A stretch of DNA of 64,000 nt from Pseudomonas aeruginosa PAO1 (GCF_000006765.1 NC_002516.2); one strand, 5' to 3'; positions 48,729 through 58,310 are shown, counted from the stretch's first letter. Notes: a model not told the origin generated them from the letters alone. Numbers and translations: made by a program.

Positions 48729-49095
48729 CAGGCGTCCTCTTTCGTTATGAGGAAACGCCGAGCCTCGTCGTCCCGACCCCCACACCCCGGCGGTCCGCGA
48801 CAGCGGACCGAACGACCTGCGACGCGTCCTGCGCCACGCGGGTTCCCGGCTGTTTCCAGTCAGTCCTGAAGGGAACTCAGGGTTTATCCATCGCCCTTAG
48901 GCCTAGCCGAACGCAGCCTGCCGAGCCAATAGACTCAGGCTATGAAAACCATTGAGAAACGCCTATGCATCGCTTCGCCAGCATCGCCGAAGCCAGGCAC
49001 CGCGCGGCATGGGGGAAGGAAGCGGAACGCAGTCCGGTTTGCGCATAGAGCGCGGGGTTACCAGCGGTGCCGCGCTTAGCGCGAATGAATAGGCA

Positions 49096-49335
49096 TCAGC
49101 AGCTGAGGAAGGCTGCGACCTGCTCGGCCTCGAACGGCCAGTTCAGCTCGGCGCCATTGTCGCAGCGGCGCAGCACCGGGATCCGCAGGCCATAGTGCTC
49201 GACCCAGGCTTCGTCGTCGGCGATGTCCACCAGTTCGACCAGCAGGCCATGTTCGACGAAGGGCATCAGCACCGCCTCCGCGACTTCGCAGAGGTGGCAA
49301 CCGAGGGTTCCGAAGAGTTGGCATTCCGGGGGCAT
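49096..49335 (-). CDS. Glutaredoxin-like protein (DUF836-like)
   Basis: LFGTLGCHLCE (CxxC) and YGLRIPVL. Start ATG 49335 or upstream at 49374. Confidence 0.82.
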   Translation of the reverse strand: MPPECQLFGTLGCHLCEVAEAVLMPFVEHGLLVELVDIADDEAWVEHYGLRIPVLRRCDNGAELNWPFEAEQVAAFLSC

Positions 49336-49380
49336 CGAAAGGACCTGTGCAGTGTTTCGCGGCGATGGTAGCACCCGCGC

Positions 49381-49938
49381 TCAGATGCCAGCGACCTGCA
49401 ACAGACTTTCGGCCGCCTGCCGGGCCTCGCGAGCCTGATCCGCCGGCCCATGGATGTGCGCCATCACCAGGGCGCCCTCCATCAGGTATTGCAACTGCCG
49501 CGCAAGCAGTGCCGCCGAACGCACGCCCAGGCGCTCCAGCTGGCGCTGGAAATAGGCTTCGACGAAGGCCTTTTGCTCGGCCGCTTGGCGATGGATCGGA
49601 TGCGAGCGCTCATGGAACTCGGCGGCGGCATGGATGAAGGCACAGCCACGGAACGCCTCGTCCTGGAGGAACTCCTGCAGACCATCGAACACCGCCAGGA
49701 TCGCCGCACGCGGCTGCAACCGTGCCTCGGCTTCGAGCATGCGTTCGGCGGTGCGCTGCCGACGCACCTCCAGGGCGGCCATGATCAGTTCGTCCTTCGA
49801 GCGAAAGTGTTTGTACAGCGTCATCTTCGCCACGCCGGATTCGGCCAGGATGCGGTCGATGCCGGTGGCGTGGTAACCCTCGCGATAGAACAGGTCGACG
49901 GCGGTGCTGAGCAGTTGCTCGCGTTTGCGGGATGTCAT
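49381..49938 (-). CDS. TetR-family regulator
   Basis: 185 aa from MTSRKREQLL. GYHATGIDRILAESGVAKMTLYKHF and FRGCAFI. Confidence 0.93.
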   Translation of the reverse strand: MTSRKREQLLSTAVDLFYREGYHATGIDRILAESGVAKMTLYKHFRSKDELIMAALEVRRQRTAERMLEAEARLQPRAAILAVFDGLQEFLQDEAFRGCAFIHAAAEFHERSHPIHRQAAEQKAFVEAYFQRQLERLGVRSAALLARQLQYLMEGALVMAHIHGPADQAREARQAAESLLQVAGI

Positions 49939-50048
49939 GGAAAGCCTCCTGAGCGGCCCATTATGCGCGACCCTGCCGCCCCCTTGAACCGCTCTGCGTC
50001 GCTCCCCGGACGAATACCGACGGAAAAAGGCGAACGCGTGCCTTGAAA

Positions 50049-50068
50049 TATACAGACCTGTCTGTCTA
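50049..50068. promoter_or_regulatory. Candidate TetR operator within a candidate sigma70 promoter
   Basis: TAT-ACAGAC-CT-GTCTGT-CTA palindrome lying between TTGAAA (50043) and TAATAT (50067). Confidence 0.6.
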
Positions 50069-50103
50069 ATATCCAGGCACCAATACCCACCTGGAACCCT
50101 CAG

Positions 50104-50700
50104 ATGAAACTGCATGACCTGGCTCTCTCCGGCAACGCCTACAAGGTCCGCCTGTTCCTCTCCCTCATCGGCCGCGAGGCGACGCTGCGGCCGGTCGATT
50201 TCCTCAACCGCGAGCACAAGACCCAAGCCTTCCTCCGCATGAATCCCCGCGGGCAGATCCCGGTGCTGGAAGACGGCGAGCTGCAACTGGGCGACTCCCA
50301 TGCCATCCTCGTCTATCTGGCGCGACGCCATGCCGATCCCGTGTGGTATCCGCTCGACCCCGTCAGCCAGGGCCGAATCGCCTACTGGCTCAGCTATTCG
50401 GCCAACGAGGTGCAGAACGGCCCGGCCAGCGCCCGGCTGATCACTCGCTTCAACCTGCCGCTGGATCGCGAGCAAACCCACCAGCGAGGCCTGGAAGTGC
50501 TGCGCCTGGTCGACCGGCACCTGGCCGAGCATCGCTGGCTGGCCCAGGGCGAACAGCCGAGCATCGCCGACGTGGCCCTCTACCCCTACCTGGCCCTGGC
50601 CCCCGAGGGCGGCCTGGCGCTGGACCACTACCCGGCGCTGAACGCCTGGATCGCCCGCATCCGCGCGCTGCCCGGCTACATCCCGATGCCCGGCCTGTAG
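50104..50700 (+). CDS. Glutathione S-transferase family protein
   Basis: 198 aa. SGNAYKVRL, NPRGQIPVL, DSHAILVYLA, PSIADVALYPY. Confidence 0.92.
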   Translation: MKLHDLALSGNAYKVRLFLSLIGREATLRPVDFLNREHKTQAFLRMNPRGQIPVLEDGELQLGDSHAILVYLARRHADPVWYPLDPVSQGRIAYWLSYSANEVQNGPASARLITRFNLPLDREQTHQRGLEVLRLVDRHLAEHRWLAQGEQPSIADVALYPYLALAPEGGLALDHYPALNAWIARIRALPGYIPMPGL

Positions 50701-50716
50701 CTCGGCAGGAGGCAGC

Positions 50717-51649
50717 ATGAGCCCGGAACAGAGTCCCTTCCACGCCGGCGAACTGGCGATCCAGGAACGCGCCGGCGTTCGCGAACAGGTCGCCGGCTTC
50801 GGCAGCCGCGCGATCCGCACCTTCATGCCGGACCAGCACCGGGAGTTCTTCGCCCTGCTATCGCTGTTGCTGGTGGGCAGCCTCGACGCCGACGGCTACC
50901 CCAGCGCCTCGGTGCTCTGGGGCCCCCCCGGCTTCGCCCGTTCGCCGGAACCGACCCGCCTGCGCATCGACAACCTGCCGCAAGCGGACGATCCGCTGGC
51001 GGCCAATCTCGAGGCTGGCACCCGCCTCGGCATCCTCGGCCTGGAATGGCCGACCCGCCGCCGCAACCGCATGAATGGACGGGTCCTGGCGCGGGACGGA
51101 AAGGGTTTCACGGTCGGCGTCGAGCAATCCTTCGGAAACTGTCCCAAGTACATCCAGGCGCGCAGCCATCAGCCCGTCTCCAGGATCGCAAGTCCCGCAT
51201 TGCAGGGCGAAGGACTCGATCCACGCTGGCTGTCGCTGGTCTCGTGCAGCGATACGCTGTTCATCGCCAGCCAGCATGCCGACCCGCTCAGAGGCGGCGT
51301 CGACGTCTCCCATCGGGGCGGGCCGCCGGGCTTTCTCCGGCTCGGCGCGGATGGCCGCCTGTGGTTGCCCGACTATGCCGGCAACCGCCTGTTCAATACC
51401 CTCGGCAACCTGCTCCAGGATCCTCGCTGCGGCCTGCTGTTCATCGATTTCGACAATGGCGACCTGCTGCACCTGCACGCCGAAGCCGAGCTGTTCTGGC
51501 CGGGTTCGCAGCCATCCATCCCCTGGCCCGCCGGCGCCGAGCGCCTGCTGGCGTTGCGCCCCGCAGGCTGGCGCTGGCGGCGCGGCCGCCTGCCGCTGGC
51601 ATTCGGCGAGCCCCAGCCATCCCCTTTTCTTCCTGCCGGTGAATCTTGA
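50717..51649 (+). CDS. Pyridoxamine 5'-phosphate oxidase-like flavin-binding protein
   Basis: 310 aa. PFHAGELAIQ, TRRRNRMNG, FGNCPKYIQ, DVSHRGG, DYAGNRLFNTLGN. Confidence 0.82.
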   Translation: MSPEQSPFHAGELAIQERAGVREQVAGFGSRAIRTFMPDQHREFFALLSLLLVGSLDADGYPSASVLWGPPGFARSPEPTRLRIDNLPQADDPLAANLEAGTRLGILGLEWPTRRRNRMNGRVLARDGKGFTVGVEQSFGNCPKYIQARSHQPVSRIASPALQGEGLDPRWLSLVSCSDTLFIASQHADPLRGGVDVSHRGGPPGFLRLGADGRLWLPDYAGNRLFNTLGNLLQDPRCGLLFIDFDNGDLLHLHAEAELFWPGSQPSIPWPAGAERLLALRPAGWRWRRGRLPLAFGEPQPSPFLPAGES

Positions 51650-52515
51650 TGCCTTTCCTGTATCGCCTTGCCTCGTTGTTGATCGCCCTCCTCGTCCTGC
51701 CGGTGCAGGCGGCGGAAATGCGAGTCGCCCTGTTGCGCACCTCGGGAGTGGAAACCCTCGATGCGCTCACCGTCGACGGCGGCTCCTGGGTGCGCCGGGT
51801 GCCGCTCAGCCATACCGCGGTGCTGATCGAGCACCACGCCGCCACCCTGCTCTTCGACACTGGCCTGGGGCGCGACATCGACGCCCAGTTCCGCGCCGAC
51901 ATGCCTTGGTGGGCAGCGCCGCTGTTCGCTTACCAGAAAGTCGTCCCGGCGCGCGACCAACTGGACGCAGCCGGTATCCGCGTCGATCGCATCCTGCTGT
52001 CCCACGCACACTGGGATCACGCCTCGGGCCTGGTCGACTTCCCCGAAGTACCGGTCTGGGCACCCTACGAGGAGATCGCCTTCAGCCGCATCGCCACCCC
52101 GCCGGCCGCCTTCCCCAGCCAATTCCGCCATGGCGTGCGCTGGCAACCTTACAGCTTCGATCCGCGGCCGTTCATGGGCTTCGACGAAAGCCTCGACCTG
52201 TTTGGCGACGGCCGCCTGGTGCTGGTCCCCCTGCCCGGCCATACGCCCGGCTCGGTCGGTCTGTTCGTCACCCTCGACAGCGGGCGCCGGCTGTTCTTCA
52301 GCGGCGACACCAGTTGGCGACTCGAAGGCGTCGAAGGCCCACGGCAGAAATTCTTCGCCGGCCGCGCCCTGGTCGATCGCGATCCCGCGCGCACCCTCGC
52401 GCAACTGGCGAAGATCCGCCTACTGCTCCGCAGCGACCCGCGCCTGAGCGTGATTCCGGCGCACGATGCGCGGGTCCAGGCCGCCCTGGGCTACTTCCCG
52501 CACTGGCTGGAATAG
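51649..52515 (+). CDS. Exported metallo-beta-lactamase-fold hydrolase (AHL-lactonase-like)
   Basis: 288 aa with signal peptide (VQA). SHAHWDH, PGHTPGS, SGD, PAHD. TGATG coupling. Confidence 0.85.
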   Translation: MPFLYRLASLLIALLVLPVQAAEMRVALLRTSGVETLDALTVDGGSWVRRVPLSHTAVLIEHHAATLLFDTGLGRDIDAQFRADMPWWAAPLFAYQKVVPARDQLDAAGIRVDRILLSHAHWDHASGLVDFPEVPVWAPYEEIAFSRIATPPAAFPSQFRHGVRWQPYSFDPRPFMGFDESLDLFGDGRLVLVPLPGHTPGSVGLFVTLDSGRRLFFSGDTSWRLEGVEGPRQKFFAGRALVDRDPARTLAQLAKIRLLLRSDPRLSVIPAHDARVQAALGYFPHWLE

Positions 52516-52676
52516 CGGGAAAGCCCGTCCTAGACAGGGTTCGTGCCAATTCGCGGCCACCCTCGACTAATGTCTAACAGTGGCCGTCTTCCTGTAGTGC
52601 TTAAGTAACCGGGCTGTCACAGGCCGACGTGGCGTCACGCCGCCGCCATCGGCCTGCCCCAAGCGCTCGAGGAGAC

Positions 52677-52684
52677 AATAACAA
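52677..52684 (+). promoter_or_regulatory. CA motif (AANAANAA), candidate Hfq/Crc site
   Basis: AATAACAA between the RBS GGAG and the ATG. Confidence 0.65.
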
Positions 52685-53949
52685 TGAGCATGACCCCGAT
52701 CGCCCGTGCCGTGGCTTTTGCCGCGCTGGGTTCCAGCATTACCGTCCCAACCCTGGCCCATGCCGAGTTCATCAAGGACAGCAAGGCCAGCATCGAACTC
52801 CGCAACTTCTACTTCAACCGTGATTTCCGCCAGGAAGGCGCCAGCCAGTCCAAGGCCGAGGAATGGGCCCAGGGCTTCCTCCTGCGCTACGAGTCCGGCT
52901 ACACCGAGGGCACCATCGGTTTCGGCGTCGACGCCATCGGCCTGCTCGGGGTGAAGCTCGACTCCAGCCCCGACCGCAGCGGCACCGGCCTGCTCAAGCG
53001 CGACCGCGAGACCGGCCGCGCCCAGGACGACTATGGCGAGGCAGGGATCACCGCCAAGCTGCGGGCGTCGAAGAGCACCCTGAAGATCGGCACCCTGACC
53101 CCCAAGCTGCCGGTGATCATGCCCAACGACAGCCGCCTGCTGCCACAGACCTTCCAGGGCGGCGCGCTGAACTCCATGGAGATCGACGGCCTGACCCTCG
53201 ACGCCGGGCGCCTGAAGAAGGTCAACCAGCGCGACTCCTCGGACAACGAGGACATGACCATCACCGGTGGCGGCAAGCGCAACATCGTGGTCCGTTCCGG
53301 GCTGACTTCGGACAAGTTCGACTTCGCCGGCGGCAGCTACAAGTGGACCGACAACCTCAGCACCAGCTACCACTACGGCAAGCTCGACAACTTCTACAAG
53401 CAGCATTACCTCGGCCTGGTGCACACCCTGCCGATCGCCGACAAGCAGTCGCTGAAATCCGACATCCGCTGGGCGCGCTCCACCGACGACGGTTCCAGCA
53501 ACGTCGACAACAAGGCGCTCAACGCCATGTTCACCTACAGCCTCGGCTACCACGCCTTCGGCGTCGGCTACCAGAAGATGAGCGGCGACACCGGCTTCGC
53601 CTACATCAACGGCGCCGACCCCTACCTGGTGAACTTCATCCAGATCGGCGACTTCGCCAACAAGGACGAGAAATCCTGGCAGGCGCGCTACGACTACAAC
53701 TTCGCCGGCGTCGGCATTCCCGGCCTGACCTTCATGACCCGCTACGTCAAGGGCGACAACATCGACCTGCTGACCACCTCGGGCGAAGGCAAGGAATGGG
53801 AACGCGACATGGACATCGCCTACGTGTTCCAGAGCGGCCCGTTGAAGAACCTCGGGGTGAAGTGGCGCAACGCGACCATGCGCACCAACTACACCAACGA
53901 CTACGACGAAAATCGCCTGATCGTCAGCTACACGCTGCCGCTCTGGTAA
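52684..53949 (+). CDS. opdQ: OprD-family porin OpdQ
   Basis: 421 aa. RNFYFNRDFR, EEWAQGF, DENRLIVSYTLPLW. The specific paralog call comes from recalled synteny. Confidence 0.85.
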   Translation: MSMTPIARAVAFAALGSSITVPTLAHAEFIKDSKASIELRNFYFNRDFRQEGASQSKAEEWAQGFLLRYESGYTEGTIGFGVDAIGLLGVKLDSSPDRSGTGLLKRDRETGRAQDDYGEAGITAKLRASKSTLKIGTLTPKLPVIMPNDSRLLPQTFQGGALNSMEIDGLTLDAGRLKKVNQRDSSDNEDMTITGGGKRNIVVRSGLTSDKFDFAGGSYKWTDNLSTSYHYGKLDNFYKQHYLGLVHTLPIADKQSLKSDIRWARSTDDGSSNVDNKALNAMFTYSLGYHAFGVGYQKMSGDTGFAYINGADPYLVNFIQIGDFANKDEKSWQARYDYNFAGVGIPGLTFMTRYVKGDNIDLLTTSGEGKEWERDMDIAYVFQSGPLKNLGVKWRNATMRTNYTNDYDENRLIVSYTLPLW

Positions 53950-53960
53950 CGGCAGGCCCC

Positions 53961-53987
53961 GCGGATAGCCGCGCTACGGCCATCCGC
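53961..53987. repeat. REP-like imperfect palindrome
   Basis: GCGGATAGCCG-CGCTA-CGGCCATCCGC. Confidence 0.45.
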
Positions 53988-54014
53988 CCCTCCCCAGAGC
54001 CCCGCGGCGGAACG

Positions 54015-54041
54015 AAGAGGCCACCCTTGGGTGGCCTCTTT
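54015..54041. terminator. Terminator between opdQ and the amt-like gene
   Basis: AAGAGGCCACCC-TT-GGGTGGCCTCTTT. Confidence 0.88.
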
Positions 54042-54074
54042 CATGGCGGGATGCCTCGCTCGCAGCGTGCAGGA

Positions 54075-54101
54075 CGGATAGCGCCTGGGGCGTTATCCGC
54101 C
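54075..54101. repeat. REP-like palindrome (GGCGGATAAC type)
   Basis: CGGATAGCGCC-TGG-GGCGTTATCCGCC. Confidence 0.55.
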
Positions 54102-54133
54102 GATACCCCACCGGACCAAGGAAGTCCGCCCCC

Positions 54134-55342
54134 TCATTCGTGGCTGATCGCGCCGATCTTGTGGATCGACAGGTCCGCGCCGTAGTACTCCTCCTCCTGG
54201 CTCAAGCGGATGCCCAGCAGCGCCTTCATCAGCCCATAGACCAACAGGCCGCCGGCGAAAGCCACCGTCACCCCCAGCAGGCTGCCGAGCGCCTGGCTGG
54301 CCAGGCTCACCCCGCCGAGCCCACCCAATGCCTGCTGGCCAAAGATGCCGCAGGCAATCCCGCCCCAGACCCCGCAAAGACCGTGCAACGGCCAGACACC
54401 GAGGACGTCGTCGATCTTCCAGCGCACCTGGGTCGCGGTGAACGCCCAGACGAACAGGGCCCCCGCCACCAGGCCGGTAGCCAGCGCGCCGATCGGATGC
54501 ATCAGGTCGGAACCGGCGCACACCGCCACCAACCCGGCCAGCGGACCGTTGTGCAGGAAACCCGGGTCGTTGCGGCCGATCAGCAGCGACGCCATGGTGC
54601 CGCCAACCATCGCCAGCAAGGAGTTGACCGCCACCAGCCCGCTGACCCCAGCGAGGGTCTGGGCGCTCATCACGTTGAAGCCGAACCAGCCGATGATCAG
54701 GATCCACGACCCCAGTGCCAGGAACGGGATGCTCGACGGCGCCATCGCCACCAGCTTGCCGTCGCGATAGCGGCCGTTGCGGCTGCCCAGCAATAGCACC
54801 GCCGCCAATGCCAGCCAGCCGCCCAGCGCATGCACCACCACGGAGCCGGCGAAATCGTGGAAGGGCGCGCCGAACTCCAGCTTCAGCCATTCCTGCAAGC
54901 CGAAATTGCCGTTCCACACCAAGCCTTCGAAAAACGGGTACACGAAGGCCACGATCAGCGCCGTGGCGCACAACTGCGGACCGAACCTGGCACGCTCGGC
55001 GATGCCGCCGGAGATGATCGCCGGGATTGCCGCGGCGAAGGTCAGCAGGAAGAAGAACTTCACCAGCGCATAGCCACTGTCCACGGTCAGCGCCGCCGCC
55101 GGATGGAAGAAAGTCACGCCGTAGGCAATCCAGTAGCCGACGAAGAAATAGGCCAGCGCCGAGATGGCGAAGTCGGACAGAATCTTCGACAGGGCGTTGA
55201 CCTGGTTCTTCAGGCGCACGGTGCCCACCTCGAGGAAGGCGAAGCCGGCGTGCATCGCCAGCACCATCACCGCTCCGAGCAGGATGAACAGGGTATTGGA
55301 GCCGTGGATCAGGACTTGCACCGCACTATTCAGGTTATCCAT
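54134..55342 (-). CDS. Ammonium transporter (Amt) family protein
   Basis: 402 aa from MDNLNSAV. GFAFLEVG, DFAGSVVVH, GWFGFN, DDVLGVWPLHG. Confidence 0.88.
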   Translation of the reverse strand: MDNLNSAVQVLIHGSNTLFILLGAVMVLAMHAGFAFLEVGTVRLKNQVNALSKILSDFAISALAYFFVGYWIAYGVTFFHPAAALTVDSGYALVKFFFLLTFAAAIPAIISGGIAERARFGPQLCATALIVAFVYPFFEGLVWNGNFGLQEWLKLEFGAPFHDFAGSVVVHALGGWLALAAVLLLGSRNGRYRDGKLVAMAPSSIPFLALGSWILIIGWFGFNVMSAQTLAGVSGLVAVNSLLAMVGGTMASLLIGRNDPGFLHNGPLAGLVAVCAGSDLMHPIGALATGLVAGALFVWAFTATQVRWKIDDVLGVWPLHGLCGVWGGIACGIFGQQALGGLGGVSLASQALGSLLGVTVAFAGGLLVYGLMKALLGIRLSQEEEYYGADLSIHKIGAISHE

Positions 55343-55751
55343 GGATTGAGGCAGCCTTCGCGCGTAGAGAGAAAGCACCAGAAACGCCCACGCCCGCCCT
55401 TCAACGCACCATGACGAAGCAGTAGTCGTCGTGCGAACCGCCGCTTTTCTTCGGCAGACGTTTCGCAAGGTGCCTGAGGCAGCATGGAAAGCTCCCGGAC
55501 TTTCCTTGATTTTCATTGGGTTGGACGTTCATCCCGAAGTACCCTCCGGGAGCGCCTGGCGCCCTCGCAAGGGGCATTCCGGCCGACGTGCGCACCAGGG
55601 AATTGCAAGCGCCATACCAGTTCGCGCCCCGTTGCGAGGCAGCCGGATGGGCGTCATCTCGCCGCAGCCGCGCCGACAGGCACGCTGTGGCAGTCTTTAA
55701 TGAAAGGAACGCCGGGAGCGACCGGTAACGCGCGGAAATTACCCACCGGTT

Positions 55752-55779
55752 GAACCTTCCGCCCCGCGCTCGGCTCGAA
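55752..55779 (+). promoter_or_regulatory. Candidate AlgU promoter
   Basis: GAACCT-N17-TCGAA, 32 nt upstream of the ATG. Confidence 0.5.
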
Positions 55780-55811
55780 AAAAACACACCCCATGACCAG
55801 AGGAGCTCGTC

Positions 55812-56141
55812 ATGCCCCGCAAGACCACTGCAAACGCTGCAAAGGATGAACTGTTGGCTGAATTCCAGGCACTGGTCGCCGATACCGAGAAACTCCTGCA
55901 AAGCACCGCCGACGTGGCGGGCGACCAGGCCGAAGAAATCCGCGGCAAGATCCACGACAGCCTCAAGCGCGCTCGCGATACCTTGCGCGACACCAAGGAC
56001 TCGCTGAAGGACAACGTCCGCGAACGCAGCCAGGCCGCGGTGGACGCCACCGAGGTGTACGTCGGCGAACACCCCTGGCAGAGCATCGGCATCGCCGCCG
56101 GCGTCGGCTTCCTGCTTGGCCTGTTGGTCAGCCGGCGCTGA
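55812..56141 (+). CDS. YqjD/ElaB (DUF883) family membrane-anchored protein
   Basis: 109 aa with C-terminal YVGEHPWQSIGIAAGVGFLLGLLVSRR. Confidence 0.92.
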   Translation: MPRKTTANAAKDELLAEFQALVADTEKLLQSTADVAGDQAEEIRGKIHDSLKRARDTLRDTKDSLKDNVRERSQAAVDATEVYVGEHPWQSIGIAAGVGFLLGLLVSRR

Positions 56142-56144
56142 GCC

Positions 56145-56525
56145 ATGAGCGAAGGAAAGGACCCGGCGGACGGCCGCCCCTCCCTGCGGCGCTTCGGCGC
56201 CGCCTTCCTCGGCCTGTTGCACGGTCACGTCGAGCTGTTCGGCATCGAGCTGCAGGAACAGAAGGCCAACACCCTGCGCCTGCTGCTGTTCGCCGGGCTG
56301 GCCCTGGTATTCGCCCTGCTCCTGCTGGTCGGCCTGTCGCTGCTGGTGCTGATCGTATTCTGGGACACCAACCGGCTCGCAGCGGCGCTCGGGTTGTGCC
56401 TGTTCTACGTGATCGGCTCGCTGTTCTGCGGCTGGCGCCTGTACCAGTCGATCAACGACGAAAGCTCGCCGTTCAGCGCCACCCTGGAAGAACTGGCCAA
56501 CGACCGCGAGCGACTGCTGCCATGA
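56145..56525 (+). CDS. YqjE/holin-X-like membrane protein
   Basis: 126 aa with 2 TM. ELFGIELQEQK and PFSATLEELANDR. Confidence 0.85.
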   Translation: MSEGKDPADGRPSLRRFGAAFLGLLHGHVELFGIELQEQKANTLRLLLFAGLALVFALLLLVGLSLLVLIVFWDTNRLAAALGLCLFYVIGSLFCGWRLYQSINDESSPFSATLEELANDRERLLP

Positions 56526-56538
56526 CAAGGAAACGCGC

Positions 56539-56862
56539 ATGAGCCAACTACCGGTGAACGCGACCGGCCTGTCGCGTCGCGAATTGCGCAAGGCGGTGAT
56601 CCGCCTGCGCCTGGAAATGCAGCGCCAGCAATTGCGCCGCGAAAGCCAACTGCTGGTGCAACCCTTCCGCCAGGCCCAGGGGCTTGGCCACAACCTCAGC
56701 CAGCAACTGTTCGGCGGTGGCAATGCGGCGCTCTGGGGCGCCGGCGGAGCCGCACTGCTGGGCGTACTGCTTGGCAAGGGCGGACGCTGGCAGCGTCTGC
56801 TGCGCCTGGGCGTCGCCCTGGCCCCGCTGTTGCTCGGCCTGCGCAAGCAGAAAGGCCGTTGA
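56539..56862 (+). CDS. YqjK-like protein
   Basis: 107 aa. RKAVIRLRLEMQRQQL. Third gene of a yqjD/E/K-type operon. Confidence 0.72.
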   Translation: MSQLPVNATGLSRRELRKAVIRLRLEMQRQQLRRESQLLVQPFRQAQGLGHNLSQQLFGGGNAALWGAGGAALLGVLLGKGGRWQRLLRLGVALAPLLLGLRKQKGR

Positions 56863-56978
56863 AGGATGCGCCGACCGGCAACGGTCGGCGCCCTCCGTTT
56901 CCCCAACGCGACGATTGAGCTTGCCAAGGCAAACCGTTAGCGTGTCCGCATCGCCTCAGCGCATCCCTGGAATTCCCG

Positions 56979-58310
56979 ATGGACTGGCAGACCCTGCTCA
57001 CCCGCGAACGGCTCGGAAAGCCGGTACACAGCAACGATGAACTGGGCCGCAGCGCCTTCCACAAGGACCATGACCGGATCATCTTCTCCGGCGCGTTTCG
57101 CCGCCTCGGACGCAAGACCCAGGTCCATCCGGTCTCCAGCAACGATCACATCCACACCCGCCTGACCCACTCCCTGGAAGTCGCCTGCGTCGGCCGCTCG
57201 CTGGGCATGCGGGTCGGCGAGATCCTCCGCGAGGAACTACCCGAGTGGTGCGACCCCAGCGACCTCGGGGTCATCGTCCAGTCGGCCTGCCTGGCCCACG
57301 ACATCGGCAACCCACCATTCGGGCACTCCGGCGAAGACGCGATCCGCAACTGGTTCCAGCAAGCCGCCGGACGTGGCTGGCTGGACGAGATGAGCGACGC
57401 CGAGCGTTCCGACTTTCTCCACTTCGAAGGCAACGCCCAGGGCTTCCGGGTCCTCACCCAACTGGAATACCACCAGTTCGACGGCGGCACGCGGTTGACC
57501 TACGCAACCCTGGGTACCTACCTGAAGTACCCCTGGACCTCGCGCCACGCCGAAGCGCTGGGCTACAAGAAGCACAAGTTCGGCTGCTACCAGAGCGAAC
57601 TGCCGCTGCTCGAGCAGATCACCCATAAGCTCGGCATGCCGCAACTCGACGACGAGCGCTGGGCTCGCCATCCGCTGGTCTACCTGATGGAAGCGGCGGA
57701 CGACATCTGCTACGGCCTGATCGACCTCGAAGACGGCCTGGAAATGGAGCTGCTCGAATACAGCGAGGTCGAGGCGCTGCTGCTCGGCCTGGTCGGCGAC
57801 GACCTGCCCGACACCTATCGCCAACTCGGCCCCAGGGACTCACGCCGGCGTAAACTGGCGATCCTCCGCGGCAAGGCCATCGAGCACCTGACCAATGCCG
57901 CCGCCCGTGCCTTCGTCGACCAGCAGCAGGCCCTGCTCGCCGGGCAGCTTGCCGGCGACCTGGTGGAACACATGCATGGCCCGGCCAAGCTCTGCGTGCA
58001 GCGGGCCAAGGCCATCGCGCGGGAAAAGATCTTCCAGGACAAGCGCAAGACCCTCCACGAGATCGGCGCCTACACCACCCTGGAGATCCTCCTCAACGCC
58101 TTCTGTGGCGCCGCGCTGGAGCAATATGGCGGGCATACGCCGTCGTTCAAGAACCGGCGCATCCTCGACCTGCTCGGACGCAACGCGCCCGACCCGCAGT
58201 GGCCGCTGTACCGCGCCTTCCTCCAGGTGATCGATTTCATCGCCGGCATGACCGACAGCTACGCCACGGAAATGGCCCGGGAAATGACCGGACGCTCGAG
58301 CCCCTCCTGA
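56979..58310 (+). CDS. dgt: Deoxyguanosinetriphosphate triphosphohydrolase
   Basis: 443 aa. [55 protein letters not shown]. Confidence 0.95.
   Translation: MDWQTLLTRERLGKPVHSNDELGRSAFHKDHDRIIFSGAFRRLGRKTQVHPVSSNDHIHTRLTHSLEVACVGRSLGMRVGEILREELPEWCDPSDLGVIVQSACLAHDIGNPPFGHSGEDAIRNWFQQAAGRGWLDEMSDAERSDFLHFEGNAQGFRVLTQLEYHQFDGGTRLTYATLGTYLKYPWTSRHAEALGYKKHKFGCYQSELPLLEQITHKLGMPQLDDERWARHPLVYLMEAADDICYGLIDLEDGLEMELLEYSEVEALLLGLVGDDLPDTYRQLGPRDSRRRKLAILRGKAIEHLTNAAARAFVDQQQALLAGQLAGDLVEHMHGPAKLCVQRAKAIAREKIFQDKRKTLHEIGAYTTLEILLNAFCGAALEQYGGHTPSFKNRRILDLLGRNAPDPQWPLYRAFLQVIDFIAGMTDSYATEMAREMTGRSSPS

Noticed and set aside
48729-49095. las/rhl box or sRNA upstream of snr1
   Set aside because: No convincing CT-N12-AG box or promoter-terminator pair found by eye.
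51649-52515. MBL protein as a beta-lactamase
   Set aside because: The motif pattern fits the lactonase/glyoxalase-II-like group. The fold alone does not imply resistance.
47268-52515. snr1-to-MBL block as a genomic island at the tRNA
   Set aside because: No integrase, no att duplication, no evident GC drop, and I recall the block as syntenic with PAO1.
55370-55415. Possible sigma54/NtrC sites upstream of the amt-like gene
   Set aside because: Only GCACCA half-sites and a weak -24/-12 match.
56145-56525. Holin-family protein as prophage evidence
   Set aside because: It sits in a yqjD/E/K-type housekeeping operon with no phage genes nearby.
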